Counted from the stretch's first letter, positions 10,472-20,793 are shown. The stretch is 64,000 nucleotides of DNA from an uncultured Verrucomicrobiae bacterium (GCA_963788655.1 CAWBHS010000090.1:64001-128000), one strand, 5' to 3'. The notes: generated by a model from the letters alone, not told the origin. Program-made: numbers and translations.

Positions 10472-11116
10472 TCACGGCCGCACGTAGACCTGGGTCAACC
10501 AGACCACCGTGTGGTGCTGATACTGTTTGCGAAAACCGGCTGCTTCGATCCAGCGCTCGATGCACAACGGATCATGCACGTAAGGGCGGAAATCAGAACC
10601 CACCAGGCGCAGCAACACCGCACCGAGCGTGACTCCGAAACGCACGTACCAGCGGTCGCGGGGATAGGTAAGCCCGTAGACGCGTCCGGTCTTGGCCAGC
10701 GACCGGTGCACCAGGCCATCGGCATCCGGATAACAGCACACCACCTTGTCCAGCACGGTAACCTCTGCCGGCTGCAACTGCTGGTCCAGTTCCATGAAGT
10801 CGCCCTGCAGATATTGCACCCGGTCCGCCAGCCCGCGCTCCCGGGCCCAACCCTGCGCCTCCTCGATCATGCGCGGCGCGAGGTCGATCCCGACGGCGCG
10901 CGAAGCGCCCCGCTCCAACATGGTTTGATGGACATGGCCAACACCGCTGCCGATCTCCAGCACAGTGGCGTCGCCGTAGCCCGCCTGCCCCAGACCCGTC
11001 ATCAGCTGTTCCTGGGATGCTTCGAAGCCGCGGCGTTGGAAACGCTTGCGATAGCGACGGGCGAACAGGGAAAACACCTTGCTGGCGGAATTGGAATGGG
11101 GGCAACAACAACGCAT
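10472..11116 (-). CDS. Class I SAM-dependent methyltransferase
   Basis: VLEIGSGVG, GIDLA, GDF and DKVVCCYPD motifs. Confidence 0.88.
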   Translation of the reverse strand: MRCCCPHSNSASKVFSLFARRYRKRFQRRGFEASQEQLMTGLGQAGYGDATVLEIGSGVGHVHQTMLERGASRAVGIDLAPRMIEEAQGWARERGLADRVQYLQGDFMELDQQLQPAEVTVLDKVVCCYPDADGLVHRSLAKTGRVYGLTYPRDRWYVRFGVTLGAVLLRLVGSDFRPYVHDPLCIERWIEAAGFRKQYQHHTVVWLTQVYVRP

Positions 11117-11242
11117 GATGCGATCGTATCCTTCGAAAGATGACAAGTCCCGCAGCGCTCCGTATGGCAACGGACCGCCGCTACCGAACCCACCTTGCGC
11201 CTTTCAGCGCGCCACTTGCAAGATTTGCGCGCTGTGTCGGCG

Positions 11243-11998
11243 CTAATCGGTGGCTTTCATTGCGGCCAGGAATCGCGCCGGCAGATAGGCGCCTGCGGCA
11301 TACAATGGCGCGGGATCGTCTGGTCGGTTGACCCATACCGCGACTGCGTACCGTTGCGCTACGCCATCGCGCACCGTCGGCAATTCGGTCCGCCACGGCG
11401 CCGCGCCCACCGACGTGCGGGCCCATTTCAGCACCACGAATTCGTGGCGGCTGTGGCGGCCACGATTTTCCCCCGCGTCGATGTCCGACTCCAGCCCCAT
11501 ACCCAATAATGCCACGTTGAGCACCAGCGACCGTGGCGCGGTGGCAGCGGCGCGCACCTGGATACTCCCATCCTCCGCCACGGTCACGAGCAGACCGGAG
11601 ATCGCGGTGCCGGAAGGCTTGCCGCCGAGCCAGTGCGCGCGCCATTCCTTGCCGTTGACCACGAACGCTGGTGTATATACCGTGGATAACCTGCCGCTGG
11701 CAGCATAGGCTCGCTGGCGCGCCGCATAATCCGAATCGGCGAAGCGGTCCTTCCAGCCCAGGTAATCCCAGTAGTCGACGTGAAATGCGAGCGGGATGTA
11801 TCGATGCCACAACTGCGCATCGTCAGCGTAGGAATTCAAGCGCGCTTCGGCGGGCGGACAACTGCTGCAGCCCTGGGATGTGAACAGTTCGATCATGGTC
11901 GGCGTTTGGCCGATGCTGCCGAAGTGCAGCTCCTCACCGGCCGCCAGCAGCGGCAGGCACCATAAAATGGCCGAGACGGCGATGCGTGACGCCTTCAT
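11243..11998 (-). CDS. DUF1223 secreted thioredoxin-like protein
   Basis: Signal peptide; ELFTSQGCSSCPPA, FHVDYWDYLGWKD and VYTP motifs. Confidence 0.93.
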   Translation of the reverse strand: MKASRIAVSAILWCLPLLAAGEELHFGSIGQTPTMIELFTSQGCSSCPPAEARLNSYADDAQLWHRYIPLAFHVDYWDYLGWKDRFADSDYAARQRAYAASGRLSTVYTPAFVVNGKEWRAHWLGGKPSGTAISGLLVTVAEDGSIQVRAAATAPRSLVLNVALLGMGLESDIDAGENRGRHSRHEFVVLKWARTSVGAAPWRTELPTVRDGVAQRYAVAVWVNRPDDPAPLYAAGAYLPARFLAAMKATD

Positions 11999-12027
11999 GG
12001 ATACACCCGATTCGGTTCCCTAACGTT

Positions 12028-12055
12028 TCCGACAACTGCGCGGGGGTCAGGTTCC
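12028..12055 (-). promoter_or_regulatory. Candidate ECF/RpoE-type promoter for DUF1223
   Basis: GGAACC-N16-GTCGGA on the minus strand, about 30 nt before the ATG. Confidence 0.4.
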
Positions 12056-12115
12056 GTGGGCCGCCATTGAGCAAGGACGCAGTCAGGAGTGGCTTTTCGC
12101 CTCCCCGCGGCTCGC

Positions 12116-12364
12116 TCACTTGATCAATGCTTCCTTGGCGAGGCGCGTAAGGCGCTTGATTTCAGATTCCCGGCGCGCGGCCTGTGCCCGTGACTGGGCG
12201 CATTCCTGGTAGACGATCCGCACCGGGCGCCGCGCACGCGTATATCGGGCACCGAGCTTCGAACAACTATTGTGTTCGTGTACGCGGCGCGCCGGATCGG
12301 TCGTAATGCCGGTGTACAAGCTGCCGTCCGCGCAGCGCAACATATAGACGTACCAATCGCTCAC
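12116..12364 (-). CDS. GIY-YIG nuclease family protein (YhbQ/UPF0213-like)
   Basis: WYVYMLRCADGSLYTGITTD..RR..EHN..GARYTR..RE..IK. Confidence 0.92.
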   Translation of the reverse strand: MSDWYVYMLRCADGSLYTGITTDPARRVHEHNSCSKLGARYTRARRPVRIVYQECAQSRAQAARRESEIKRLTRLAKEALIK

Positions 12365-12402
12365 CGGCGCGCGTTCTCTGCGACCGTCACCTTCATCCGG
12401 AC

Positions 12403-13215
12403 CTATTCCTGCACGAAGCTCTTGATGATGTAGCCGCCGGATTTTTCGTCATACTCCAAAGACAACAATTTTCTCGCCTGGGCTTCTTCCAACAACTGGC
12501 TGAATGTACGAAAGCCATGGTACGTCTCATTGAACCCGGGTTTGCGGCGCTTCAATGCCTGCTTGACCATCGAGCCCCAGACCTTTTCCTCTTCGCCGCG
12601 CTCCTCCATCAAATCCTCGACGGTCTCCAGCACCATATCGAGCGCTTGCTGTTTTTTCTCGTCCTCCGCCGGCGTCACGTTCTTGGGCGCCGCTTTTTTG
12701 GTCTTGGCTTTGCGCTTGGCCTTGCGCTGCTTTTCCGATTCCCGCGCCAGGTCGTCGTAGAAAATGAATTCGTCGCAATTGGCGATCAGCAGGTCGGACG
12801 TGGAGCTTTTTACGCCCACGCCGATGACGACCTTGTTGTTCTCCCGCAGCTTGCTCACCAATGGCGAAAAATCAGAGTCGCCGCTGATGACCACGAAAGT
12901 ATCAACGTGGGACTTGGTGTAGCAAAGGTCCAGCGCGTCCACCACCATACGAATGTCGGCAGAGTTCTTGCCCGACTGGCGCACATGGGGAATTTCGATC
13001 AGTTCGAACGCCGCCTCGTGCATGGTGGACTTGAATTCCTTGTAGCGCTCCCAGTCGCAATAAGCTTTCTTGACCACGATATTGCCTTTGAGCAACAAGC
13101 GTTCGAGCACCTTCTGAATATCGAAGGCTGCGTATTTGGCATCGCGCACGCCGAGCGCGATGTTTTCGAAATCGCAGAACAGAGCCATATTCTGCGTGTT
13201 GTGCTGTGTGGCCAT
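12403..13215 (-). CDS. NYN-domain protein with C-terminal OST-HTH/LOTUS domain
   Basis: DFEN, GKNSADIRMVVDA and SGDSDFSPL motifs; C-terminal PGFNETYHGFRTFSQLLE. Confidence 0.93.
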   Translation of the reverse strand: MATQHNTQNMALFCDFENIALGVRDAKYAAFDIQKVLERLLLKGNIVVKKAYCDWERYKEFKSTMHEAAFELIEIPHVRQSGKNSADIRMVVDALDLCYTKSHVDTFVVISGDSDFSPLVSKLRENNKVVIGVGVKSSTSDLLIANCDEFIFYDDLARESEKQRKAKRKAKTKKAAPKNVTPAEDEKKQQALDMVLETVEDLMEERGEEEKVWGSMVKQALKRRKPGFNETYHGFRTFSQLLEEAQARKLLSLEYDEKSGGYIIKSFVQE

Positions 13216-13367
13216 ATTGTTGTCCGTTGTTGTCGGCATCGATTCAACGCGGCCCGGAAACCAAGTCGCGAGGTTTGCTTGCACGCGGACTGTAACGCCG
13301 CGTTGGACAGGCGTCCAGCAACCGCCCTGCTCATCGTTTCAAGGATCCGCGACGGCCTTGGCCGCCT

Positions 13368-14300
13368 TCAACCGCCGACCCCGGAAAGGTCTAGATCCCG
13401 ATCCCAATAGGGGTCGCCTGCGAACCGCTGCGCGAGAAAATCCACAAAGGCGCGTACCCGCTGCGAGAGATGCCGGGCTTGCGGATACACGGCATACGCG
13501 GTGGTGCCGCGCCAGCGGTAGTCGCGCAATACCGGCACCAGGTCGCCGCGGGCCAGTGCCCGATAGACTATGAACGTCGGCGATTGGACCAGTCCCAATC
13601 CCGCCGCGGCCGATGCGCACAATTGATCGCCATTGTTGCAGCGCATGGATTCCACAACCGTGACTTGGCCTTCGTTGCCGGCGTCGTCCGTGTAATGCCA
13701 GCGTGAAGGCTCGGGGACGTTGCTGTACACCAGGCAGCGGTGATGCGCCAGATCGCCCGGAACCTCGGGTGAACCGAATCGTTCCAGGTAACCCGGGCTG
13801 GCGCACACCAGGGCACGAACCGGTGCCAGCCGGCGTGCCACCAGGGTCGAATCGGGCAGTTCGGCGATGCGGATGCCGACGTCGATACCTTCCGCCAGCA
13901 AGTCGATCTGGCGATCGTTGAAATCGAGATCGAAATCCAATTCCGGGTGCCGGCAGGCGAAGTCGTCGATCGCCGGCCCCAGGTGCAGCAGGCCGAAGGA
14001 CATCGGCGCCGCCACCCGCAAGCGGCCGCGCAAGTTGCCGTGGGCCTCGGACACGGCGAGCTCGGCCTCGTCGAGATCGGCCAGAATGCGGATGGCCCTT
14101 TGGTAAAAACCGCGACCGGTGTCGGTCAGACTCAATTTGCGTGTCGTGCGGCGCAAAAGCTGGACACCCAGGTGCTCTTCAAGTTCCGACAAGCGCCGGG
14201 AAACCGCGGATTTTGCGACTTCCCAGCGCGCGGCCGCACCGGTGATGCTGCCTGCGTCCACGACCCGGACGAAATTCTGCAATAACGTGCATCGGTCCAT
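13368..14300 (-). CDS. LysR-family regulator (CrgA/DmlR-like)
   Basis: HTH GSITGAA..VAKSAVSRRLSELEEHLGVQLLRRTTR; divergent from azoR-pirin. Confidence 0.95.
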   Translation of the reverse strand: MDRCTLLQNFVRVVDAGSITGAAARWEVAKSAVSRRLSELEEHLGVQLLRRTTRKLSLTDTGRGFYQRAIRILADLDEAELAVSEAHGNLRGRLRVAAPMSFGLLHLGPAIDDFACRHPELDFDLDFNDRQIDLLAEGIDVGIRIAELPDSTLVARRLAPVRALVCASPGYLERFGSPEVPGDLAHHRCLVYSNVPEPSRWHYTDDAGNEGQVTVVESMRCNNGDQLCASAAAGLGLVQSPTFIVYRALARGDLVPVLRDYRWRGTTAYAVYPQARHLSQRVRAFVDFLAQRFAGDPYWDRDLDLSGVGG

Positions 14301-14302
14301 TG

Positions 14303-14325
14303 ATTGTTCTCGATTTGCGAACAAT
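14303..14325. promoter_or_regulatory. Palindromic LysR operator between lysR and azoR
   Basis: ATTGTTC-N9-GAACAAT inverted repeat in the divergent intergenic gap. Confidence 0.6.
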
Positions 14326-14417
14326 ATGTTCCCATGATGGCTATTTATCCCCGAAGAATCAACTGCCAAGCTTTTTGCCATGGTCGCAAAGGCCCTATCC
14401 AACACGGGAGCAGCACC

Positions 14418-15041
14418 ATGAGCCGCAACAACCCATCACCGATTCGCGTTCTGCGCATCGACGCCAGCCCCCGGCTGGCGTCCATCACCCGGTCCCTGGA
14501 GGACGCGCTCATCGCCCGACTGCATCAACTGCACGACGGTGTTGAAGTCTCCACCCGCGATGTTTCCCGAGGTATGGAATTCGTCGACGAGGCGTGGATC
14601 GGCGCCAACTACACCGGCGAAGCCGAGCGGGACCATGCCCAAAAGGCGCGCCTGGCATTGTCCGACGAATTGGTCGATGAGTTGTACGCGGCGGACGTCC
14701 TGGTGATCGGCGTGCCGGTGTTCAACTTCTCGATTCCCGCCGCCCTGAAGGCCTGGATCGATCTGGTGGCGCGGGTGGAGCGTACCTTCCGCTACACTGA
14801 CAACGGCCCCGAAGGTCTGCTGGGCGGGCGCAAAGCCTATCTGGTGTTTGCCTCCGGTGGCGTCGGGTTGGGCAGCGAAATGGATTTCGCCTCCAGCTAC
14901 ATGCGCCACGTGCTGGGCTTTCTCGGCATCCGTGAGGTGGAAATCATCGCCGCCGAGCGTGTCGCAATCGACAGCGGCGCCGCCGTGGAACGTGCCCGCG
15001 CCGCCATCGAAGCCTTGGACCCGCAGCGCGATGCTGCTTGA
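14418..15041 (+). CDS. azoR: FMN-dependent NADH-azoreductase
   Basis: LRIDASPR..SITR and PVFNFSIPAALKAWID..TFRYT..GPEGL..ASGG motifs. Confidence 0.92.
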   Translation: MSRNNPSPIRVLRIDASPRLASITRSLEDALIARLHQLHDGVEVSTRDVSRGMEFVDEAWIGANYTGEAERDHAQKARLALSDELVDELYAADVLVIGVPVFNFSIPAALKAWIDLVARVERTFRYTDNGPEGLLGGRKAYLVFASGGVGLGSEMDFASSYMRHVLGFLGIREVEIIAAERVAIDSGAAVERARAAIEALDPQRDAA

Positions 15042-15069
15042 GTCGTCCTTGCCAAGGAGGATCGAAGTC

Positions 15070-15928
15070 ATGAACACACGCACCGTTTCCCAGGTCATCA
15101 ACTCCCGGGCAGTGAGCGAAGGCGCCGGGGTGACCGTACATCGCACTATCGGCACGCCGGCACGGCGCAATCTCGATCCGTTCCTGATGCTGGATCATTT
15201 CGCCAGCGACGACCCGAACGATTACATCGCCGGCTTTCCGGACCATCCGCACCGCGGCTTCATCACCGTGACCTACATGCTGGACGGCCACATGCTGCAT
15301 CGCGACAGCATGGGCAACCGCGGCGATTTGCGTGCCGGCGGCGTGCAGTGGATGAAGGCCGCCAGCGGCGTGATTCATTCGGAAATGCCGCAGCAGACGG
15401 CAGGCCTGATGCGCGGCTTTCAGCTGTGGATCAATCTGCCGGCCAAGGAAAAGATGAGCGATCCCGCCTACCAGGAATTTTCGCCCGAAGCGATTCCCGT
15501 GGTGGATCAAGGTGAGTCCGGGTGCGGTTGCTCAGCGGTGAGTTCGGCGGCGCAGCGCGGGCCCATCGACGACCCGAACACCGATGCCCGCTATCTGCAC
15601 GTCAAGGTCGCGGCCGGGGGCCGTTTCGCCTACGCCGTTCCGGCCGGTCACACGGCGTTTGTGTACCTCTTCGGAGGCAGCGCGCAGATCGGTGATACGC
15701 ATTTGGCGCAGCACAACCTGGCGGTCCTTGGCGACGGCGACGAAGTCTGCGATCGATGCCGGGCCGGACGGCGCCGAGTTCATCCTGGTCGCCGGGCGGC
15801 CCCTGCACGAACCCATCGTGCAATATGGACCGTTCGTCATGAACAGCCAGGACGAAATGGAGCAGGCGTTCGCGGACTTTCACGATAATCGCCTGGTGCG
15901 TAAGAAAGCCGACATGATCGGCGCCTGA
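15070..15928 (+). pseudogene. Pirin family protein, frameshifted (pseudogene or sequencing errors)
   Basis: DPFLMLD, GFPDHPHRGF and HSEMP..GFQLWINLP in one frame; C-terminal GRPLHEPIVQYGPFVMN in another frame after about 15748; compensating indels near 15515 and 15552. Confidence 0.85.
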
Positions 15929-15947
15929 GCGCCCGGCGTTTCGAAGA

Positions 15948-16973
15948 TCAGGACTGTGCCGATTGCGGGACGGTCGCCGTGTTGCGGGTCGTGAGGCGGC
16001 GCCACAGCGGCCGCCCCGCCAACACCGCGAAGACCGGCGCACCTGCGATCAAGTACCAGTAGAAGGTCACAAACCGCCATACCAGAATTGCGGCCGCGGC
16101 CACCGCGGTACCCAACTGCGGCGCCAGCAGCAACGTGCTGCTGGCCTCCGCGCCACCGCTGCCGCCCGGCAGCAGGGCTGCTTGTCCCGCCCCCAAGGAC
16201 AGCATTTGCACCAGGAATGCATAAGGCCAGCTCAGGTCGCCGCCCAAGGCGCGGATCACCAGAAACAAAATGCTGTAACGCAGCAGCCAGTGACCGGCAC
16301 AGAGCAGATAAACGCCGAACAAACGCATGCGCGAATAACTGCGAATCAGCGCCAGGGAATGTCGGAATTCGATCGCTCGGCGCGCCAACCGATGCCGGGT
16401 ACGGGACGACACCCGCATTTGCCGCAGAACCCGGCCCGCCAGCAACAGTACCTTGCGATAAAAACGCATCACCGCCAGCACCACCGCCAAGCCGCCAAGC
16501 ACCAGCACCGCGAGCATCACCAGCTGCCACACGACCCGCAGATCCTGCGGCGCAAACAGCCAGTACAGGCTCAGACCGATCAACGCCGTCAGAAAAAACA
16601 ACAGATCCATGAGCTGGTCGGCGGCGTACAAGGCAACGCTCTGGCTGGCACTCATGCCACGGCGTGACAACAGGAAGGCGTAGGTGACAGGGCCGCCCGC
16701 CCCACCGGGCGTGGCGCAAATCGCGAATTCCGACGCCAAGACCGTAGCCAGCGCCCCACCTTGCGCCAGCCGCGTTCCCATGCCAGCGGCCAGCAGCCGC
16801 ACCCGCCCGGCGTTGAGATTCCAGCCGATGAAAATCATGCCCAGCAGCAACAGCAACTGATCCAGGGGATAGTCGCGCAGCAACGCCAACGCCTGGGTGC
16901 CGCCGAGGAAGACCGGCAAACCGACGCCGATCCCCAGTCCCAGCAGTGCCAGGACCCCATAGCGCAAACTCAC
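15948..16973 (-). CDS. Lysylphosphatidylglycerol-synthase TM / UPF0104 flippase-like membrane protein
   Basis: TPGGAGG, PGGSGGAE and WRFVTFY motifs; GTG start overlaps the upstream stop. Confidence 0.88.
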   Translation of the reverse strand: MSLRYGVLALLGLGIGVGLPVFLGGTQALALLRDYPLDQLLLLLGMIFIGWNLNAGRVRLLAAGMGTRLAQGGALATVLASEFAICATPGGAGGPVTYAFLLSRRGMSASQSVALYAADQLMDLLFFLTALIGLSLYWLFAPQDLRVVWQLVMLAVLVLGGLAVVLAVMRFYRKVLLLAGRVLRQMRVSSRTRHRLARRAIEFRHSLALIRSYSRMRLFGVYLLCAGHWLLRYSILFLVIRALGGDLSWPYAFLVQMLSLGAGQAALLPGGSGGAEASSTLLLAPQLGTAVAAAAILVWRFVTFYWYLIAGAPVFAVLAGRPLWRRLTTRNTATVPQSAQS

Positions 16974-17716
16974 GCCATTTGCTCCAACCAGTCGGACTTG
17001 GTGAGGGGCCGGCGGGTGGGCAACAGCGCCACCAGCGTCTCGTACCAGAACTGGCGCGACGACGCATAGGCCATGTCCACCGGATGCAATCCCAGTCGCA
17101 GCATCGGCGCCTCGCTCTGGGTACGGATACGGCGTTGATTCCAAAGCTGCGACACCTTGCGGCGCCAGGCACTGCGAGCGCTCCACACCAGGGACGGCGC
17201 CGTAAGCGCGGCAAAATCCGGCAACCGCAGCAGCGCAGTGGGGTTGGAAGTATAACGGAACGGGTACTCCTGAAGCACGCGCGCCGCCTCGGGACCGAGC
17301 AGCCAGGCCGGCGCCACGAAACCTCCCAGCGGCCATCCAAAACCTTGGAACAGCGCCACGCCCCGGTCGAGGCGCGCGCGCACTTCGGTTTCTGGCAGCC
17401 GGTACATCTCGCCTTCATGGGTATAGATGCGACGCATGAAATACTCTCGGGGCGTGCGCGGCGCGGGGCCGTCGTCGGCATGATAATAGCCGTGCATGAC
17501 CAGTTCGTCGCCGCACGCCAAGCGCCGGTCCATGGCGGCGACGAATTCCGGGTGGCGGGCCAGGTGATCGCGATGGTGAAAATCGGGCACTACCAAAAGC
17601 GTCAACGGGACTTTGCCGAGGGCGTCGACGCGCTGCACGAAATCCCGGTACAGCGGCCACGTCGAGGGCGCGACGTCGTGTAGCACGATACTCAGCGAGC
17701 GGGTACGTTCAAGCAT
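16970..17716 (-). CDS. DUF2334 / polysaccharide deacetylase family protein
   Basis: LHDVAP, LLVVPDFH, HGYYH, GFVAPAWL and RLGLHPVD motifs. Confidence 0.88.
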   Translation of the reverse strand: MLERTRSLSIVLHDVAPSTWPLYRDFVQRVDALGKVPLTLLVVPDFHHRDHLARHPEFVAAMDRRLACGDELVMHGYYHADDGPAPRTPREYFMRRIYTHEGEMYRLPETEVRARLDRGVALFQGFGWPLGGFVAPAWLLGPEAARVLQEYPFRYTSNPTALLRLPDFAALTAPSLVWSARSAWRRKVSQLWNQRRIRTQSEAPMLRLGLHPVDMAYASSRQFWYETLVALLPTRRPLTKSDWLEQMA

Positions 17717-18824
17717 TGACCGCCGCCTGCAGAGGCACATCGCCGCATAGCTCGCGATAATGACCGAGCAATGATGGCAACACGCGCTCCCACGCGTAAT
17801 GGTTTTCCACGTGCCGGCGCGCCAGACGCCCCATTTCCGGGGAGCCGTCGGCGAACAGTGCGCGCACCGACTGCGCCATCGAATCCGCGCAACGGGGCAC
17901 TGCCAGCAAGCCGGTTCCCGGAACCACCAGTTCCGCCACTGCACCGGCGCGCACGCCGACCACCGGCAGACCGCTGGCCATGGCTTCCAGGATCACCAGA
18001 CCGAAGGTTTCCTGATCGCCGGCGTGGAGCATGGCATCGCTGCTGGCCATGAGCCGCGCCAGTTCTCCCTGGTCGATGAAATGGTCCAACACGGTGACGT
18101 TGGCGGGCGTACGGGTCGGCATATGGGAGCCGACCAGGAGCAGATGGTAGTTCGGGCCCAGGAACTGCATGGTCCGCAGCAACAGGGGCACATGCTTTTC
18201 CCGGGAACCGCGGCCGGCAAAAATCAGTAAACGGGCGTTGTCCGGGATCCCCAGGCGGCCGCGGGCCTGTGGATCGGCCAGCCGGGGATGGAACTGATTG
18301 ATGTCGACCCCCAGCGGCTGAACCTGGACCCGCTCGACGCCGAGCCGCTCCAGTTTATCGGCCATCACCCGTGACGGGGCCAGCACCCGATCGAAGTGCC
18401 GGTACAGGCGCCGCACATAGGCATCCAACAGCGGGTCGGTCCAACGCCCGGCACGCGCACCGACCAGACGCGGCAGATCGGAGTGGTAAAAACCGATCAC
18501 GGGCACATCCATGGCGCGGCCCGCAGTCAATGCGGCCCACCCGAGTCGGTAAGGATCGCCTGCTTCGATCACGTTGGGACTCAACTCCCGCAGCAGTTCC
18601 ACCCATGGGCCTTCGCGGAGCGGAAAGCGGTAGCCCTGGCTGAATGGAATCGACGGCGCCGGCAGAATGCACACCCCTTGGTCGCACGCCCGTTGCGCGC
18701 CGGGCACCAGCAGGCTGTGTTCCACGCACGGCTGGGACCGCAACCAGGCGCGTTTGGCCCCCAGATAGGTCCGTACCCCGCCGCTGGCGGGGGCATAGAA
18801 CATGGTGATGTCGGCTAAGTGCAT
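17709..18824 (-). CDS. GT4 (family 1) glycosyltransferase
   Basis: SGGVRTY, AGRGSREK and ETFGLVILEAMASGLPVV motifs. Confidence 0.93.
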   Translation of the reverse strand: MHLADITMFYAPASGGVRTYLGAKRAWLRSQPCVEHSLLVPGAQRACDQGVCILPAPSIPFSQGYRFPLREGPWVELLRELSPNVIEAGDPYRLGWAALTAGRAMDVPVIGFYHSDLPRLVGARAGRWTDPLLDAYVRRLYRHFDRVLAPSRVMADKLERLGVERVQVQPLGVDINQFHPRLADPQARGRLGIPDNARLLIFAGRGSREKHVPLLLRTMQFLGPNYHLLLVGSHMPTRTPANVTVLDHFIDQGELARLMASSDAMLHAGDQETFGLVILEAMASGLPVVGVRAGAVAELVVPGTGLLAVPRCADSMAQSVRALFADGSPEMGRLARRHVENHYAWERVLPSLLGHYRELCGDVPLQAAVNA

Positions 18825-19052
18825 AGGAGAGAACACTCACTTTAGATCGTTTTTATAGGCACACATCGATTAAGGACCGTTGAAACGCCATGAAACGGTT
18901 CGCGGCTGTTGTCCACTGCGTCATCCCTGCGGCTGCTGCTCCCGACACCAAGGGTATAGATCATCCGCGTGCCGGCGCGTAGCGAAAACCACCGCTGGCG
19001 ATCGGTTTGGTACACTGCCCGAACCTCACGTTGCCGACAAAACGAGCTGTGC

Positions 19053-19877
19053 ATGAAATCGTCCTCGGTCCTGCTCATGGGCATCGTCCTCACCTCTGCA
19101 AGCGCCGCCGCCGATGAGCCGCTGCCATTATGGGAACTCGGCGTTGGCGCATACGCCTTGTCCGTTCCCGCCTACCGGGGCTCGGAGCAGCGCCAATCGT
19201 ACCTGCTCCCGTGGCCCTACCTGCAATACCGCGGCGACCGCCTGCGTTGGGATCGCGAAGGTGGCCGGCTGCGGGTACTGGGTGGCGCCCATGCGCGCCT
19301 CGATCTGAGTCTTGCCGCCAGTCCGCCTTCGGACAACGACCCCGCCAGCCCGCGCCGGGGCATGCCGGACCTGGATCCGACGTTGGAATTCGGTCCGCAA
19401 TTGCAGATCCTGCTGGGTCAGGACTTCTCCGGGCGCGACACGTGGACCTTGTCGTTGCCACTACGAAAAGTCGTGGTCGTCGACCATGCCAAGCTGCGCT
19501 CGGCCGGCTGGATGTTCGCACCCTATGTCCAATACGAGCATCGTGACCGTTGGAATACCACCGTGTCCGCAGGTCCGATGTTCGCCACCCAGCCGTACCA
19601 CGATTATTTCTATCAGGTGGACAACGCATACACCGGCGTCAACCGACCTGCCTATGACGCGCAAGCAGGTTACAGCGGCAGTCGCATCACGCTGGGTTTC
19701 AGCCGACGCGTGAACCGCTATTGGATCGGGGCGTTCGCCCGCTACGACTATCTAGGCGGCGCCACCTTTGTCGACAGCCCGCTGGTGACGACCGACCATT
19801 CGTTTATGTTCGGCGCCGGCGTCGCTTGGATATTCACCGAGTCGAAGCGCGCCGCAACTGCAGCGCCGGGCTGGTAG
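19053..19877 (+). CDS. MipA/OmpV family outer-membrane protein
   Basis: Signal peptide; PLWELGVG..PAYRGS, RRGMPDLDPTLEFGP and DSPLV motifs. Confidence 0.88.
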   Translation: MKSSSVLLMGIVLTSASAAADEPLPLWELGVGAYALSVPAYRGSEQRQSYLLPWPYLQYRGDRLRWDREGGRLRVLGGAHARLDLSLAASPPSDNDPASPRRGMPDLDPTLEFGPQLQILLGQDFSGRDTWTLSLPLRKVVVVDHAKLRSAGWMFAPYVQYEHRDRWNTTVSAGPMFATQPYHDYFYQVDNAYTGVNRPAYDAQAGYSGSRITLGFSRRVNRYWIGAFARYDYLGGATFVDSPLVTTDHSFMFGAGVAWIFTESKRAATAAPGW

Positions 19878-19912
19878 CGGTTCTGCCTGCAAGTGCGCAC
19901 GGCCATCGGTAT

Positions 19913-20230
19913 TCATTGTTGCGGGTCGGATTGCGCTTCGTCGTCACTGCCGCCCGCGCTATCGCCGGCGGATTCGATGGCGGCAATTTCTGCTCGATCC
20001 AATACGCCGTCGTGATTGCGGTCGACGGTCTTGAATTTTTCGATTCCGACCAGCCGCGCTTCTTGTTCGCTGACCACTCCGTCGCCGTTGCCGTCTGCGT
20101 TCTTGAACGTGACATCGCCCGCATTTCCGGTGGTATCGCCACCATAAGCACCGCCCCGCTCACCCGGCGCCGCGGATGCGGTGGCGGCGGAAAACAGAAT
20201 CGCGAACACTACCATTACGCGCCTAGCCAT
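19913..20230 (-). CDS. Secreted EF-hand protein
   Basis: AAGGAGG RBS; signal peptide; loops DGNGDGVVSEQE and DRNHDGVLDRAE. Confidence 0.85.
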   Translation of the reverse strand: MARRVMVVFAILFSAATASAAPGERGGAYGGDTTGNAGDVTFKNADGNGDGVVSEQEARLVGIEKFKTVDRNHDGVLDRAEIAAIESAGDSAGGSDDEAQSDPQQ

Positions 20231-20302
20231 CTGCCAACCCTCCTTGTTAAACCGCCAAATCACTCATCAGTGTAGCGTCGCCATAGCACCTTTCTAACTT
20301 TC

Positions 20303-20722
20303 TCAATCCGCCTGCACCGGGCCACGGCCTTGTTTTTTCTCGCCCTGGCGGCGCTTGGCCTGCATGCGCCGCTCCCTAGCAGCCTTTGACGGCTTGGTCT
20401 TACGGCGCGGCTTGGGCGGACGTGCGGCTTTGCGCAGCAGCGCCAACAGGCGCTCGCGCGCATCCTCACGGTTGCGTTCCTGACTGCGAAAGCGTTGCGC
20501 GCTGATCAGCAATTCACCTTCCTTGGTCATGCGATTGCCGGCGAGTTCCTTGAGCCTGGCCCGCACCGCGTCGGGAAGCGACGGCGAATGCGCGGCATCG
20601 AATCGCAACTGCACCGCAGTGGCTACTTTATTGACGTTTTGGCCGCCCGGCCCCGATGACAAGATAAAACGAAATTCCAGCTCGGTGTCCGGAATCCGGA
20701 TCTCTGACGATACATACAACAC
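20303..20722 (-). CDS. arfB: Alternative ribosome-rescue peptidyl-tRNA hydrolase ArfB (YaeJ)
   Basis: SSGPGGQNVNKV and RSQERNR motifs; basic tail RRKTKPSKAARERR; GTG start after GGAG. Confidence 0.93.
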   Translation of the reverse strand: MLYVSSEIRIPDTELEFRFILSSGPGGQNVNKVATAVQLRFDAAHSPSLPDAVRARLKELAGNRMTKEGELLISAQRFRSQERNREDARERLLALLRKAARPPKPRRKTKPSKAARERRMQAKRRQGEKKQGRGPVQAD

Positions 20723-20793
20723 AGCGGCTCCAGGTTCGGCTCGGGACGCGGCGGATGCTGTCGAAGCAACCGCGGCCACGCTATGATCGCCCG

